A stretch of DNA of 64,000 nucleotides from contig JBHGNT010000012.1 of assembly GCA_043228905.1 (NCBI GenBank), positions 17,050,001 through 17,114,000 of the forward strand, given 5' to 3'. Below the pieces are notes generated by a model. It ran no database searches. It saw only the letters and a program-made list of their open reading frames with translations, and had not been told where the DNA came from. Of this stretch, positions 63,355 through 64,000 are shown piece by piece; within the stretch, counting starts at the first letter, position 1; each line of letters starts with the position of its first letter. Origin of the DNA: Azolla caroliniana. Its lineage: Eukaryota; Plantae; Polypodiophyta. A program made the position numbers and the translations under genes.

Positions 63355-63647
63355 TGTTGAGAGACAAGCTCAACATTCGTGCGTAATACGATGCGTAACC
63401 TAGTGCATAGACTGGGTGCGTAAATCGGTACGCACAACATGGCTGTATCGGTGTGAAAATCGCGAGGCCGTTGGGAAGATATTCCTCGTAAGGAATAATT
63501 TTGGGAGTTAGTGTAGTAGGCTCATTTATGAGTGGTCAAGTACTGTTAGTACTTGTGTCAGCCCTATTGTCAGGGCTTGTATAAAAGGTGCTCATTGAGC
63601 ACGGTGTATGTACAGATTGAGTATTATTTTGAATTGAGTTTCTGTGT

Positions 63648-63691
<44 letters not shown>

Positions 63692-63705
63692 GCGTACTAT
63701 GTATA
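63355..63705 (+). repeat. Family F LTR (copy F3), interrupted by a B LTR
   Basis: Reverse complement of 12640-12970. Confidence 0.9.
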
Positions 63706-64000
63706 TGTTGGGATTACGGTCCCTCCGGATGGGATGGTCGGATGTCCGGAGGTGAATAACGGCAAGCCTGGTTCCGGTTACGGAGCCGGATGATGAAGAT
63801 CCCGGTTACGGAGCCGGATGATGAAGACCCCGGTTACGGAGCCGGATGATGAAGACCCCGGTTACGGAGCCGGATGATGAATGTACCCGGAGAGAGATCC
63901 GGATGCGGGGACATATTTGTGAATATGTTTGCCAAGGGTCCTTGAGGCCATATTTGTAAATAGTCCGAAAGTCATATGTGTATAAATATGACTTAGGGCA
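63706..64000 (+). repeat. Family B LTR (runs off the window)
   Basis: TGTTGGGATTACGGTCCCTC start and 28-bp repeats as in 52840-53563. Confidence 0.92.

Noticed and set aside
12590-63360. F1 (12595-12970) and F3 (63355-63705) LTRs as the two ends of one inverted element
   Set aside because: The flanks do not form a TSD (TTGCT versus GGTAG), and the flanking E sequences overlap, so they come from different E copies.

Overview
Eukaryotic repeat DNA, probably heterochromatin from a plant. A non-seed land plant is inferred from the element lineages but not proven. No host gene is recognisable. Almost everything from 2.8 kb onward is a nest of retroelements: one L1-type LINE, several Ty1/copia families (B, C, F, G, H), a decayed non-chromovirus Ty3/gypsy family with an extra 3' ORF (E), a young chromovirus (D), a chromovirus-like gag-pro relic, and a GC-rich Ty3/gypsy family (A) with two apparent non-autonomous partners (I, gag-only; K, non-coding). 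Family letters are my own labels. Main observations: (1) All four insertions with TGTCG...CGACA-type ends have 4-bp target-site duplications centred on CpG (CCGT, GCGG, ACGG, AC[G/A]T). A and I carry a tRNA-Trp primer-binding site, and A has a G-GAT-TTT -1 frameshift signal after the protease. (2) A ~10.6-kb inversion (~25043-35659) can be reconstructed from three independently split elements and has a 30-bp fold-back at one breakpoint. (3) The 7-25 kb interval is shattered into re-ligated fragments. (4) Copia family F has a conserved acidic-then-basic tail fused after RNase H. (5) Chromovirus D has TG...TA ends, no TSD and a hairpin-rich 5' leader.
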